Assembly (NCBI RefSeq): GCF_963506605.1 | Contig: NC_083280.1 | Location: 61,938,001-62,002,000 of the forward strand | Direction of reading: 5' to 3' | DNA: 64,000 nucleotides | Source of the DNA: Zootoca vivipara | Taxonomy: Eukaryota | Part shown: positions 37,034-50,150 of the stretch, in pieces | Numbering within the stretch: position 1 is the stretch's first letter | Layout of the letters: each line of letters starts with the position of its first letter | Made by a program: the position numbers and the translations under genes | Notes under the pieces: generated by a model | The model's database searches: none | What the model saw: only the letters and a program-made list of their open reading frames with translations | Told to the model about the DNA's origin: nothing

Positions 37034-38739
37034 GTAAGTGAAAAGGTTTCTGAACTTCCCAGCCCTCGATGTTACACTTGCAGATGCGTTTAAATAACAG
37101 TGCAATCCTATGCATGCTTATTCAGAAGTCAATCCCATTGAGTCTTACTCCCTCATAAGACTGCATTGTTAGAGCCTGCAGGCAAAAGGGACCTGCTCAC
37201 AGACATGTTGTACCTTGGGACGATTGCCGAGTTCTTTTGCGCTTGCTGTTACTGAGCTTTTCATTCTGAAGATAACACAGCAAGGTTTGCTAGCAGCTAT
37301 CCATTTATGAGATTTAGCAAAAGCGCCTTTGTGATTGCTAATAGGGATTTATCTCTTTGCATATATTGGAAGAAATCCTGTGTGCTACAGAACCCAAACT
37401 TCAGGGTCAGGGGGAGGTATGAGGCATGTTTTCTTGGGGGACCTTTTATAATTTCAAGAGATAATGTTGAAGCGTGTCTCCCTGAAAAATAACGGTATTG
37501 TAACTCAGGGCTATTAACCAATTAAAGTGCTCTTCGTTGATTAAGTGTGGTGCTTCATCTGGTTAATTGGTCAATTACTCTGCATCTCAGGTCACCCAAA
37601 GAGGGCTCCTTCTGCTAGCCAATGAATCCTCACAATCTTCATATTCTCTGAACACACTTGCACCTAGCCTGTCAAATAGGATTCCTAGGTGAAATCTAGC
37701 AGTTAATTGGTTCTATCTTTGTGCTGTCCACATGGCTACTTCAGGGCAATTACTGTATGCTGGATTGCAAACATAGGAAGCTGCCTGTTAAGTGAGTCAG
37801 ACCACTAGTCCAGTACTGCTTATGTTCCCATTGGGATTAAATTTGGGACTGTCCCATTTTACATAGATATATGTATTTCCAGTTTCTTCTCATGGTAATG
37901 CCATGAAGTTGAGGACTAGCAACTTAAGGCCACCAAGGGAACTTCAGAGTTGTATGGGGGCCTTGAACCCAGAATTCCTTTGCCCAAATCTAATATACTA
38001 CCCACTTTACAACAGCACACTGGGTCTTGGTGATGGTTGTTCCATAGGGACCTGTGCTTCAAATTGCCTTTGGAAAGGGTCCTCTGACAAGCTATTTCCA
38101 TCTGCAGGTCAAGAGCAATAATGCTTTCCTAGGACAATCATCACATCCTTTTTCAAGCACCCTCAGGGGGATGGCAATGGGAGGTCATTGTCCCCGAATC
38201 TTCTAGCAATAATAACACTGTGACTGCTGGCAAAGAGTGAACTCTTCCACAGTGCAGTGGTCCTAACAGAAAGCAAAGAGGTAAACAGCCAATGTAAATA
38301 TAGCACCTATATTCTGTAATGCACATTTCAAGAACAGGTAGGAGGGGTTAGGAGAAGGTGGCTTGTGACAGGCTGGACTAGCCAGTGCCCCTAGGCTATA
38401 ACTCCTGCAGGATGTGTGACTTATAGGGAGAAGATACTGGACTGGGGTAAAGTTATTCTTCAATCACTTCTCTATTTTGCTCAGCAGGAACATCTGCCTT
38501 CCTCTACTGTCACTGGAGCATTTCAGTGGCATATTACTGTACCTCCCGAACCACAACCTACCCCCTCTCCTACCATTCCTAAAATGATTCCTTGTAAAGG
38601 CTGAGCAGCTTGTACATGCTGAAAGGAAGCTCTGCTAACTGGGTGCATGAGCGACATGTGGTTGGCAGTGCTTCTCGCAACGTAAGGTTAATCAGTGCAC
38701 AACACACAGAGTTTATGTATCTAACTGTTATTGGCTGAT

Positions 38740-38954
38740 TGCATTTATATCCCACTCCCCCCCCCCCCCAAGGAGCTCGAGGTGGCATACTTGGATTTCC
38801 TCTCCTCCTCATTTAATCCCCACAACGTCTCTGTGAGGTAGGTTGATCTGAGAAGCAGGGACTGGCCCGAGATCACACAGTGAGCTTCGTGGCCAAGTGG
38901 GGAGCTGAACCCTGGTCTCCCAGGTCCTAGCCCGACACTCTAACCACATCACTG
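38740..38954 (-). mobile_element. tRNA/CORE (MIR/Squam3-like) SINE in VA opsin intron 1
   Basis: CCCCACAAC..CTGTGAGGTAGG...GGCCCGAGATCACACAGTGAGCTTC...GAACCCTGGTCTCCCAGGTCC...CTCTAACCAC; similar fragment at ~42548-42700. Confidence 0.7.
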
Positions 38955-39777
38955 CAATGACTCTTTTTGTACATGTGTCCAGTGTAGGTTTCCCATTAGA
39001 TGTTACAGACCAGTGCAAGCAGCCCAGCTGATAAGTTACTCACACTTCTGCTTTCCCTGTAACATCCAACAACCTCTCCCCTTGCATATGTCATCACCAT
39101 GCAACTGAACTTAAGTTCCTTCATGCCCCCTTTATTTCAGCAGCATCATAAAACACAGACAACTCTCCCCTTTAGAATTAATGGCATTTTAAATGGGCTG
39201 AACTGTGCCAAATGGCTTCCAATCCTGGAAAGTTCTGTGAATGCAGAATTCTAAGCATCCCATTTCTCTGGGCGCTCTGCCTCCAATTCAGATCAGATGC
39301 ATTGCCTTAGTTTTTATAGCCCCAGAAGAAGACATTCCAAGCAGTATTTGGCCACCCCCTGGGCTGAAGAAAGCAGGCAGGTGTGGACTAGCTGATGGCA
39401 GACTGAGGTGGTGAGAGCAGTGCCTCATTTGTCCTAAGGGACCAACCTGCAGATGGTCCCTTGTCTCTCTAGAAAGGAGAGAGAAAACCCTTCTGCTTTA
39501 AGCCCTAGAGAACTGCTTCCTGGCCTGACTTGGTACAGGAATGTCCATTTGATTGGGGATTTGAACTCAGATCTCCCTGGTCAAAGTCCAGCACTCCATC
39601 CAGTGGGAAATCTGTAGCTTTCTAAATGTTGGACTCCCAACTCTCATCAGCATGGCCAGTGGTCAAGGATGCTGGTGTTTGAAGTGCATCATCATCTGGA
39701 CAGCCACAGGTTCCCCATCCTTGCAATATGTTACACCAACTTCTTCTTCCCCCTAATTTAGCTCATTCTCATTGCAG

Positions 39778-39988
39778 GAATAGTTGCCCTCTGGTCCCTT
39801 GCTCTGCTTGCGTTTGAGCGCTACGTTGTGATTTGCCGCCCCCTGGGAAACATGCGCCTCAAGGGGAAGCATGCAGCTCTGGGAGTAGCCTTTGTGTGGG
39901 TTTTCTCCTTCATCTGGACCATCCCTCCTACAATGGGGTGGAGCAGCTACACTACCAGCAAGATCGGGACTACGTGTGAACCCAACTG
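39778..39988 (+). CDS. valop: VA opsin exon 2 (211 nt)
   Basis: Acceptor ttgcag|; GIVALWSLALLAFERYVVICRPLGNMRLKGKHAALGVAFVWVFSFIWTIPPTMGWSSYTTSKIGTTCEPNW; ERY motif; VA-diagnostic SKIGTTCEPNW; donor TG|GTAAGG. Confidence 0.96.
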
Positions 39989-40068
39989 GTAAGGCAGCTC
40001 GGGGATGTGGCACTTGTTTGATAAGCCCTAATCCGGCAGAACCTAAAAACCTCGTGTGGTTTTTATAG

Positions 40069-40186
40069 GTATTCTGGAGACTACAACAACCGTACTTTCA
40101 TTATTACATTCTTCACCACCTGTTTTATCCTGCCCTTGTTGGTGATTTTGATATCCTATGGAAAACTGATGCGGAAACTTAGAAAG
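40069..40186 (+). CDS. valop: VA opsin exon 3 (118 nt)
   Basis: Acceptor ttttatag|; YSGDYNNRTFIITFFTTCFILPLLVILISYGKLMRKLRK; donor AAG|GTAGGT. Confidence 0.95.
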
Positions 40187-40874
40187 GTAGGTGAGAACAT
40201 TTGCAAGAGATACGAATCCCTCTGAAGGAGTGCTTTGGCGCTGGTGGGCTTTTGTGTCAAAGGGTTAGATTTTGTATGGATCAAGTTTTCAAACTTTGGG
40301 ATCTTAATTAGTCATGCATATTGTGCACATCTTAGGCTGCGATTTGATTAGTGCAGATTCCTAGGCCAGCAGCGTGTTGAATATGTCTAGATGCTCAGCT
40401 GAGCAGCAGAAATCTGAACAACGTCACCTGTGCAGCTGATTCAGGGGGCTATTCAGGGGGATGTTTATGAGTACTGCAGATCTGGTGATGGCATTTCCAT
40501 CATGCCGAGGGTTGTGGTGCTGCAGTATCTCATGTCATGCCACTCCCTTTTGCAAACAGTGCAATTTGTTTCAGCTTGGTTCATCTTAACAACAGCATCT
40601 ATACAGTTGCAAGAATTGGCTGGGTGCCTGCCTAGGTTCAAAACACAGAGCTTACAGCACTCTCCAGCAGCAAGGAGAGCACAGGCAAAATACTCTTGGG
40701 CTTCAAACATGTGCTCTAAACTTGGAGTTTGCTTAGATATGTCCTCCCTGAAAACAAATAAACTGGGTCTAAAAAAATCCTACTGGTATCCCTGCTTGCA
40801 GATGTCATCTAGGTAGAAAGCCCTTACTTTGCTCATGCTTTTGACGAGATCTCCCCCCGCTCTCTCTTTTCAAG

Positions 40875-41114
40875 GTTTCAGATACTCAAGGCAGACTGGG
40901 CTCTACAAGGAAGCCTGAAAGACAGGTGACCAGAATGGTTGTCATTATGATCCTTGCGTTTTTAATTTGCTGGTCTCCTTACGCAGCCTTTTCAATCTTG
41001 GTCACCACCTGTCCTTCCGTCGAACTGGACCCTCGCCTCGCTGCCATTCCAGCTTTCTTTTCAAAAACGGCCACGGTGTATAATCCAGTTATCTATGCCT
41101 TTATGAACAGTCAG
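40875..41114 (+). CDS. valop: VA opsin exon 4 (240 nt; TM6-7, retinal-binding Lys)
   Basis: VSDTQGRLGSTRKPERQVTRMVVIMILAFLICWSPYAAFSIL...LDPRLAAIPAFFSKTATVYNPVIYAFMNSQ; K296 equivalent at 41064-41066; NPxxY; donor CAG|GTAC. Confidence 0.96.
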
Positions 41115-41644
41115 GTACTGCACACCTCCTCTTTGGGTATTTAAACCAAATTGTTTCCTAGTCCATGGGGAACATTTCTGGTTTGTTTTTTTCCATTCCT
41201 GTTTTAACAAATTGTTTCTGTCCACTTACGTGTTAAATTATTGCTTCACTCCCATGATTTATAACATCTTTTATTCAGCTTGTTATATGCGCTATCGATT
41301 CTGGCTTGCATTCCAGAATATATTTACTTCAGAGTAACTCTATTAAAATCAGTTGCAGGGTTTTAGAAAATGTGGGATGAGGACTGTCCATGGATATTGG
41401 CCACCATTCCCCTTTCTGGGAGAATCCTCCGATTTAGGAGATGATTAGGCTTGGCCCGTTATGTTGTTTTAGTGGTTCATTTTAGGCATGCGTACCTTCC
41501 TCTTTGAACATGCAGCATAGAAACAAAGAACTGTAGAATTGGAAGGGACCCAAAGGTTAATCTACCCCAACTCCCTGCAATGCTTTCCCAGGGCACCTCA
41601 CATAATTTCAGCACAACAATAATTATTTGTGATTTCATTCCTAG

Positions 41645-41875
41645 TTCCGGAAGTGTCTCGTCCAACTGTTTCGATGCAGAGGCCAAGATATTGCCGACTC
41701 CAACGTGAACCCGATTTCAGAAAGGGCAGTTGTCTCACACAGCAAAAATGGCGGAGAGATGTCCACAGCGGCACCACCTCTTACTGTCTTCAGCCGGAGA
41801 AGCGAAGATGAGCAAAGCAGCTGCCATTCTTTTGCCCAGCTGACCATTGCAGAAAATCAACTTTGTCCAATGTGA
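41645..41875 (+). CDS. valop: VA opsin exon 5 (long VAL-type C-tail, stop)
   Basis: Acceptor ttcattcctag|; FRKCLVQLFRCRGQDIADSNVNPISERAVVSHSKNGGEMSTAAPPLTVFSRRSEDEQSSCHSFAQLTIAENQLCPM*; ending resembles the VAL-type EN(K/Q)xCPM; total 388 aa. Confidence 0.92.
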   Translation, partial: FRKCLVQLFRCRGQDIADSNVNPISERAVVSHSKNGGEMSTAAPPLTVFSRRSEDEQSSCHSFAQLTIAENQLCPM

Positions 41876-43340
41876 ATGCAACTCTTCAAGATGATGAGCC
41901 AGGGCTATTAACTGGGGATGGGGAACTTGTGGCTCTGTAGATAATGTTCGATTATGATTCCCCCTCCCCAATCCTTGACCGCTGGCCACACTGGCTGAGG
42001 CTGATGGGAGATGAAATCCGACAACATCTGGAGGGCCACTGGTTCCCTGTCCCCACTGTAAACCATTCCATTGTTAGCATTCATTTTCACAAAATGGCAG
42101 CCAACAAGAATGTCAAGGCCAATTGCTTAGCATGCTCTATTAGCTGGCAGCGTTATGAATCCATTTAAGCTACAATAATATGCACACTTACCTGGGAATA
42201 ACTTGTAAGTAGGTAAACATAAGACTGTGCTGTTAGTGCTTTTCCCTCAAACGATTCTAATGCACATGCTTTAGCATCAACGTAACATTTGGAAGATACC
42301 ATCTATGTTATGGACCTTAAGAAAATAACAAAGAATTGTTCATGGAGAGAGTTTACTACTCCAGAGTCTTAACATCACTCTTTATATTTTCTGTATTTCT
42401 TGTTTCACTGAAATTGTTTGAAATTGTTGGAATGGCATTTTGCTTTCCTTCTTCATCTACAAATGAGGTGGATTGATATTTTCAGAGGAGAGGAGAGTCT
42501 GAGGTGTAACAGTTTAAGAAATTCTGTATGTAACATAAACATGCCGTATTTATTTTTGCAAATACTGTTTTGTCATTCTGCACATCTTCCAAGGAGCTCA
42601 GAGAAACAGACTGCTCCCAATTTATCCCCACAACAACCCTGTGACGCAGGCTCAGTGATAAGTGACCTGACCCAAGGTGAGTTTCATGGCTGAGTCAGGA
42701 TCTAAATCAAGTAAATCAATAAAAACACTTAACTGAGGTTCTGCCTCCCTAACATAAAGCCTGTTCCTCTCTGTTCATTGTTTCCCCACTGATATCAGAA
42801 TGGAGATTGACCCACCACCCCAGCGCTAGGAGCCTTTGGGCGGGGGGGGGGGGGAGTCCCCAGTAGTGCAACTTACAAAGTCATCACCAAGCCTTCAAAA
42901 ACTGGTGAAGTGATTCAGCACTCAGGAAGGAGATGAAGGCATTGGGAGAACTAAGTTTCGTTAACTCAGTTGTTTCCCCAGGCCACCCCCAGTCTCCCAA
43001 TCTGTCTGCTTTAGGAAAACAACTACTGTACAGTAATGGGATTTCCTTCTTGCAATTACATGGACCTAGAGCAAGTCAAATGGTGTAGTAATTATATGTT
43101 TTTACTTAATCAAAACAGGGGCAATTTTGTTTTTGAAAAGTTATTTGGAGCCGGTTTCCATCTTTCTCCATCTCCCTACCTTTCATCCCCCAAAGTCCAT
43201 GATTTCATCAAGTTAGGTAGCTCGGAAAGCTACATCATCGCTCAGCAGGTTTCTGCCAGGAATGGCTGAGCCAGAAACGACAACTGGTTACAAATGATTC
43301 TGTCATCCATGCTGTGTCTACAGTGTGTGTTTGTGTACAT

Positions 43341-43342
<2 letters not shown>

Positions 43343-43384
<42 letters not shown>
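43343..43384. repeat. (AC)n microsatellite
   Basis: About 21 AC units; another tract at 58711-58737. Confidence 0.95.
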
Positions 43385-43387
<3 letters not shown>

Positions 43388-44320
43388 CTCCCCGATGCCA
43401 TAAACAATTTCCCAATCTTTGACCATATGTAATTTTGAAATCATTTGAACGCCTGGAATTCTTTTCAAAACAATCCAGTCTTTAAACCGAACAGTGTTCA
43501 AGATCACCCTCAAACATAAGCTGACTAGGAATAATTTCATCAGCGATTTGAGTCACACACAACAACTCAATTATGTCCTGTTATTTCCTCCCCATTGAAA
43601 GGTGTGCCTGCTTTGCTCTTTTTCTTTAGTTCAGGATATATGGATCATGCAGAGGACATGAAGGCCACATAATTTACAAAGTCTGGCAAGAATGTTAATT
43701 GCATCAAGGGATAATTGGGCTAAGTGGTATATCACGGATGATGCTCACTGTTTCCTGTTAATAAATGGCGTTTTCCAGGATAGCAGAACCAAACTCACTT
43801 TGAAGAACCCCGAATTGCCTTAAATTCGAAGAATCATAGAAGTGTGTGTGTGTAGTGTAATTTGAGACAAACTCTCACCTCCTCATCAATGCAAAGAAGC
43901 CTTTACCTTTTCTGATTGTTCATATTTGTCAGAGTTGAAAATCCCCATTCACAACGTTAACAGAGCTGTAGAAGAATAGCAAGGTGTGGATACTGTTTCC
44001 GGTTTTTAAATTTCCATACTGTACTATACTACACTACACTACACTGATATGTTTAAATGTTTCTTTGATTGTCCTTGAATCTTCCTGCCACACCTTTTGA
44101 GATTGTCCCCCCCCCCCCGTTTCCAATTAACTGTTTAAGAGCACATTCGGAAGGACTGCAGCCCCGTTGTAGAGCACCTGCTTTGCATGCAGGTCTCAGA
44201 TTCAAACACCAGCATCTCCAGGTGGGGTGCAGAAATACCCCCTGCCTGAAACCCTGGAGAGCTGCTTCTAGCCATTACAGACCCATGGAATGACTCCTGT
44301 GTATAAGGCTGTACACACAA

Positions 44321-44412
44321 CACACCATACATTTAAAGCACAATCCCCTCCCGCAAAGAATCCTGGGATTCTTTTTTTTGGGGGGGGGTATGTGCTTTAA
44401 ATGTATGGTGTG
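44321..44412. mobile_element. Palindromic MITE (family also at ~1190-1365, 33690-33965, 58100-58215)
   Basis: Perfect 22-bp inverted repeat CACACCATACATTTAAAGCACA / TGTGCTTTAAATGTATGGTGTG. Confidence 0.75.
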
Positions 44413-45223
44413 TACAAAGTGTAAGGCACTTTCTTGTTTCCCTGTGTACCAGTATAACAAAACTCTAAGCTCAATGGAGAAGGCGAGGGAGCCCTCTTGT
44501 GGCCAATTCAATATTTGAGTGGGGGAATACATCTGTCTGTCTCTAGCTCACACATGCGCTCACACACACATTTTCCCTTGTGTTAAGAATAATTTTCTTC
44601 TACAGATATACTCCCTCGGGTCAGCCAGTCGCAAGAGTGATTAACTAAAAGAAATCATAAGATGCTGTAGCAAGGATTAATATTTAATTATCTTTTACCT
44701 CTAGAGAATATGTAGAGTGATTAGATTAATTGCTTGTGACGCTTATTAGAATTACAATAGCAAGGGCTTGCATGGGGTGAAAGCCGAAACATGAGTGCTC
44801 AGAGGGCTTGTGGATATTACAGACTGGAGAACAAAAGTCCACTTAAGTACAGTGTTCGCATAGAAACAAAGCAGACATTGTACCTCCGCTGTTTCACTTG
44901 ATGGATGAACATCATCATTAATTGTTATGAATTATGAGAACAATTTGATTCGTGCATCGCCTACACCAAAGCCTCCAGGTGGCTCACGGAACTTACAAAA
45001 TCACAAACGCAATATTTAAAATGCATAATTGCATTTCACAGACGACATGAACAAACAACCTTCTCTGTTATATAACTTACACATAAAGCTAAGAAAAAGA
45101 TGTTAACCCTAAAACTGTTACCAGTAAAACTAACTGAACTACTAAAAATTATTGAAACTTAATGAAAGGCCTATGTGTGTGTGTTTAGTTTGGAGTAAAT
45201 GGTTATCTTTGGAGGTTATGGCT

Positions 45224-45480
45224 GCATCCGCACAACAGTTTATTCCATTTACTTGATGTTTCCCTAACTGCTATTTCCACATTATAGTTGAGCTTCTCAT
45301 GATGTAAAAGCCACTTCTGTAGACATAAGCAGAATATCACGCAAGTTTAGCACTCTTACTGGAAATGAGCACTAAACTTGCGCTATATTTCTCTTTATTT
45401 CCAGAAGTGGATTTTACATTGTGTGGAAATTAATGCTTAAGGAAATGACAGGAAAAAGGAATAAACTGCCATGTGAATGT
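45224..45480. repeat. ~255-bp imperfect fold-back (old MITE-like)
   Basis: Nested complementary arms GTTTATTCC/GGAATAAAC, TTTCCACA/TGTGGAAA, ATGTAAAA.CCACTTCTG/CAGAAGTGG.TTTTACAT and CGCAAGTTTAG/CTAAACTTGCG. Confidence 0.8.
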
Positions 45481-46417
45481 TACTTAGTCCCACACCCCCT
45501 CCTGGAAGAGAATTTCAGGCCCCACTCCAAGCCATAGCTCCGTGACACAACATCTGGCTTGCAAGCAGAAAATCTCTGCTTCCATCCCCAGCATCTCCAG
45601 GTAGGATTATGAGAGAGACATGCCTGAAGTCCTGGAGAACTACTGCCAGTCAGTGCAGACAATATTGAGCTAGAGGGAACAATGGTCCGACTTGGCACAA
45701 GGCATCTTGCTAACTTCCTCCACCTCCAATTTCACAAAGGGTATGGAAAAACCTGGGCGGTCATTTTCATTCAGGCCTGTTGAAAATGTCTCCTGTTCAC
45801 AGTCTGATGTGAGCGGGGTTTCTGCTCACCCTCATTCAGAAAGCCCTTGCTGCTGCAGTCTCCCACAAGGCTTCTCAGAAAGGCTTCTTCAGTCCCTGGC
45901 TGAAGTCCCAGCAGCATCAGGGGAAATACAATGTTGTGAGTGTTGTGTGCAGGCGGTTTTCTCACAGGGAATTATGGGACTTGTGTGAAAGAGATGCTCA
46001 TGTATCCTTCGTACATGTGAGCATAACAACAAAATTGCTTATTCCTTCTGCAATATTTTCCAGCAGATACTGGGCAATGTGGAGGGAGATCTCTGCCCTG
46101 CACCAGATTTCCTTCTGATGAAAACAATTTATTTGGTGAAGCTTTTCAGCATGAAGTATGAAGCTGATTTTATTGTATCCAGCTATGCAGCTAAAATCCA
46201 GCTATGGATTTTATCATTCTGTTATGCCCTGTTTCTGAGTGTTATTGTAATGCATTTTTAAAAACATTGCTAGTTCCCCAGAGCATTTGTAAAATGAAAG
46301 ACAGCATGTAGTAATTTTTAAAAACAAAATATCTGTGAAGATGTTTCTGATATACATCCACTTGTTTTGATGAGCTTGAGATAAATTAGATCATGATCAG
46401 TGAAACAACCTATTCAC

Positions 46418-46738
46418 CAGACCCTCCAAGTGTCCCTATTTTCTAGAGGCGTCCCAGATTTAGAGAAGCCGTCCCGGTTTCTGATTTGATCCTGGAATGT
46501 CCCACTTTTCCTTAAGATGTCCCTATTTTAATTGGAGAAATGTTGGAGCCCTGAGCCATCTGAAGGCAATCCTGTATAGGAAAGGTGTTTTTTTTAAGTT
46601 TAATGTTTTATTATGTTTTTATATATGTTGGAAGTGGGTAGCTTCCAACGTGTATAAGATGTGGGGGGTATAAACAGTAAAATTATCATTATGGAATGGG
46701 ACGTCCCTATTTTCATCAGAGAAATGTTTGAGGGTATG
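46418..46738. mobile_element. hAT-like non-autonomous element (second degenerate copy ~60156-60515)
   Basis: CAGACCCTC ... GAGGGTATG; perfect TSD CTATTCAC; internal GTCCCTATTTT repeats. Confidence 0.82.
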
Positions 46739-49529
46739 CTATTCACACAAGTCTTTGCAATCAATTCAATCATTCCTCAGTAGCTGTAGCAACTGGATGC
46801 TCATACAAACACATAGTAGGACTGACTCATATAAGGGAATTGCCTATCACCAAACTTGGAAACAAAGAAACTGATATGTAATGCTACATAATTTGGTTTC
46901 TATTAACTTTTTTAACCCAGTATAGTACACAGCCTAAAATTAGTCTCCAGCTTTGTGAATGTAAAACACTGCTATGATTCTCTTCACTTATGCCTTCTAC
47001 TTAACCACTAGCTTGTGTGTTTCACTTAAGGTTGAAAACAGATCTGCAGAACTGATGGTATTTATATTTCTTAATGTAGGGAATAAACTCTGTGTATGAC
47101 AGATATTCCCTCAGTATGGTATTTTAATACTAAGCAAACAAAAAATAGTATAAGATTTATAGCAGCAAGGTGCCTTATTCTTTTTCAAAAATTGGATGAT
47201 GACCTAATATTATGACTTTAGCATGCTAAAAAGTTGTGCAGTGGAGTGGGAAAAGAGCTCATACAGGGATACCACCCCATACATGCATGGTAGTGCTAAT
47301 AGTCACAAGTGATATTAGCTTACTATTTTTTTTTAATATTTCTGATTACCACCTCAGTCATGTGACAAAGCTATAGTCAGTAATGGAGTATTTGATATAG
47401 AGTTCTGCCACATGACGAAGATGGTGATCAGAAATTGCACTGATTTACCAAGGAACATTTCGTGGCATTATGCACAATTTGCTAAATTAGCATCCTGCAG
47501 CTACAACCTCTTTCTGTTTCTCAAGTCGGTTATTTCATTTTAATGATGCAGCCTAGACAAACCAACTGACCTCCTTATAAATCTACCATGACATTAGAGG
47601 ATAATTACTTTGTGTTTGTCTTTAAAGAACATGTCAATGGTAATCCATCACACGGCTTGTTTACAAGGGAAATCGTGCTCTCATTTTGTAGGAACCATAC
47701 GTAATTGCTATTAGCAGTACTCTGCACTTAGAAGTTTGCACTGAGCTTTTCTATCCAATACTCTGCTTTAAAGATTTTGGCTGCTTCCTTTCTCCCAGGC
47801 AGCCGGGTTCCATCTGAACAGTCTCCAAAATGACAAAATGCTATTTTTTGTCCCCGAGATCAGTCTCTCCTACCGCAATGACATGGACAAAGGCCATTTA
47901 GAAATGGACCAAGACCATTTAGCAATGACCTTTGCTGAGGTAGATATTCTTTGGCAATATGAGAGTAACACATTGACACAACCTTCATTCAATAAAGCTG
48001 CAGAAAGCTTGAGAAGCAGAGGTGAAAGCAATGGGTGAGATACCCCTAATCATTTATTAACTTTTTAACACTGGGACATAGGAAGCTGCTTTTTTATGAG
48101 TCAGACCATTGCAACTCTGTATTGTCTACATTGACAAGCAGTGACACTCCAGAATTTCAGACAGGGAACATTTCCAGCTCTACCTGGAAATGAGAGGGAT
48201 TGAACATAGGACTCTTGGCGTGCAAAGTAGATGCTTTACTACTGAGCTATGGCCCTTCCCAAAGTCCGGGCACAGAGAGCCTATGGTTGTGCCCACAAAA
48301 ACTTCCTGGAGAGTGAAGGCATTAGATTTTTGCCTAGAAAACAGGCACTTTGGGTTTTATGGCTTAAATACATAAGCTTAGTGCTGATCAACTTTTCCCC
48401 CATTGCATGTTATGGACACTTTTTCACATTTGTTGCAGAAATGGAAAAATAATGGATGCCGCACCAACATTTAATAATACCATGGTTCATATGCCAATTT
48501 TAAATATCAGGGGAATACAGAGAGGCACTCTCAGTGCTTGTCTTGCAACTCTGGAGACCCACAAAAAAATTGAGCCTAACCATTTTTCGGAACTGCCTTT
48601 TGGGGACTTTGGCACAGAGGGGGACAGTAATGTTTATAATTTGAGTGTAATTATGCTGATTTTTTTATTATAAAAAACTTAATTAATATAAGGATCAATG
48701 CTCCTGTTCCTAAATCCTTTGGGGATGTAGAAGCTAAAAATATAAATTCTCTAGGGAATCCTTGCTGCAATTATAACCCCGGATGTTTAAAAACCAACAT
48801 TTCTAAGTAGTCAGAAAATAATGCCCCTTCAAAAAAAAACAAAACTCTACTACTGCTTATTTTAGTTCTCAGTAAGAGGGTTTTGCTGGGTTTTTTTTAT
48901 GGTATTCACACTGAAACCTCACTTTGTGATAGTCACAAAGAGTTAAAGCCTGCAGGAGAATTTAAGGGCTCTTTGGTAATTTGGCACATCAGTTTCATAC
49001 CAGCTATTACTAAACTGCATCAAGATATTAATGTAGTCATCTCTCTTTAGTCTCAATGAATTGCAATAAAAATGTCAAACAGTTAGATTATATATGCCAT
49101 CACAGCCGTATTTGATTGAGTAGAGCTGCAGGCCACGTCCCTTGAATCATACTGATGAAGAATCGGAAAGGCCTGGAGAACTCCACTGTGAATTTATTTC
49201 AGTGGGTGAGGCCATTTTACATTCTCACTGCCAGTAATACTGGTATATAAAAAAGAAGGGGGGTGGGGGCGGAAAGCCAATTACACAGCTGGACCTAATG
49301 GTCAGGGGTCCCTTTACCTTTACTGAACCCATGTAAGAAAGGACATCCTTTGATGTTAATAAAGCAGAGTAACATGCAAGCTAAATACACATGGGGCAAA
49401 TTATTCTGTTGAAAGAAAATATAAACATTTAAGTGGAGGGGTAAACTCAAGGGAGTGCAGCTACGTGACTTTTTTTCCAGAGCAGGAGTGATGATGTCCT
49501 TTGCTAGAGAAGCGGGGTAATCCCTTGCT

Positions 49530-50150
49530 CTGATTTATTAGGTCTATATATTGCTTTATATGAAACGAAGTCTCAACGTTATTTGCAATATATTTTTTAA
49601 AAATGAACTAAAAACTTCATGAGAACATATTAAAACAATGCACAATACCAGTACAATTGCAATTAAAAGCACACACTAAAAATCAGATTAGCAACACAGT
49701 CATTTAAGATGTCTGTATGTCTGAAAATTTTTTAAACATTCTGACCTGGTGCTGAAATCATAGTGCAGTTGGTGCCAGGTGGGCTTCCCCAGGGAGAGCG
49801 TTCCAAACACAAAGGGCTGTCACTCTTGTCTGCTCACTATGCTTGGCACTTGTTTTGGTGATGGTATCCAAAGAAGGGCCCAGATGATGAATGTAGTCTA
49901 GGCTCGTTCATATGGTAAGATGTGCTCCCTTAGGTTTCTGAGTCATATAGCGCTTTGAAGGTCAAAACCAGCACTTTGAATTGAGCCCGGAAACAAATTG
50001 GCAGCCATCACAGTCAGGCTAGAACCAGAGTAATATGTTCACACCTTCCTAGTTTGGCGGCTGCTGCATTTGGTTCTAGCTGAAGTTTCTGAACTGTCTT
50101 CAAATGCAGCCCCATGTACAACATATTGCAGTAATCCAGCCTGTAGGCTC
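49530..50150 (-). mobile_element. L2-type LINE 3' fragment
   Basis: Decayed peptide RLDYCNMLYMGLHLKTVQKLQLEPNAAA...EHITLVL is typical of the L2 ORF2 C-terminus. Confidence 0.8.

Noticed and set aside
49152-49172. Second CTGATGA...GAAA hammerhead-like string
   Set aside because: No stem II pairing between the boxes.
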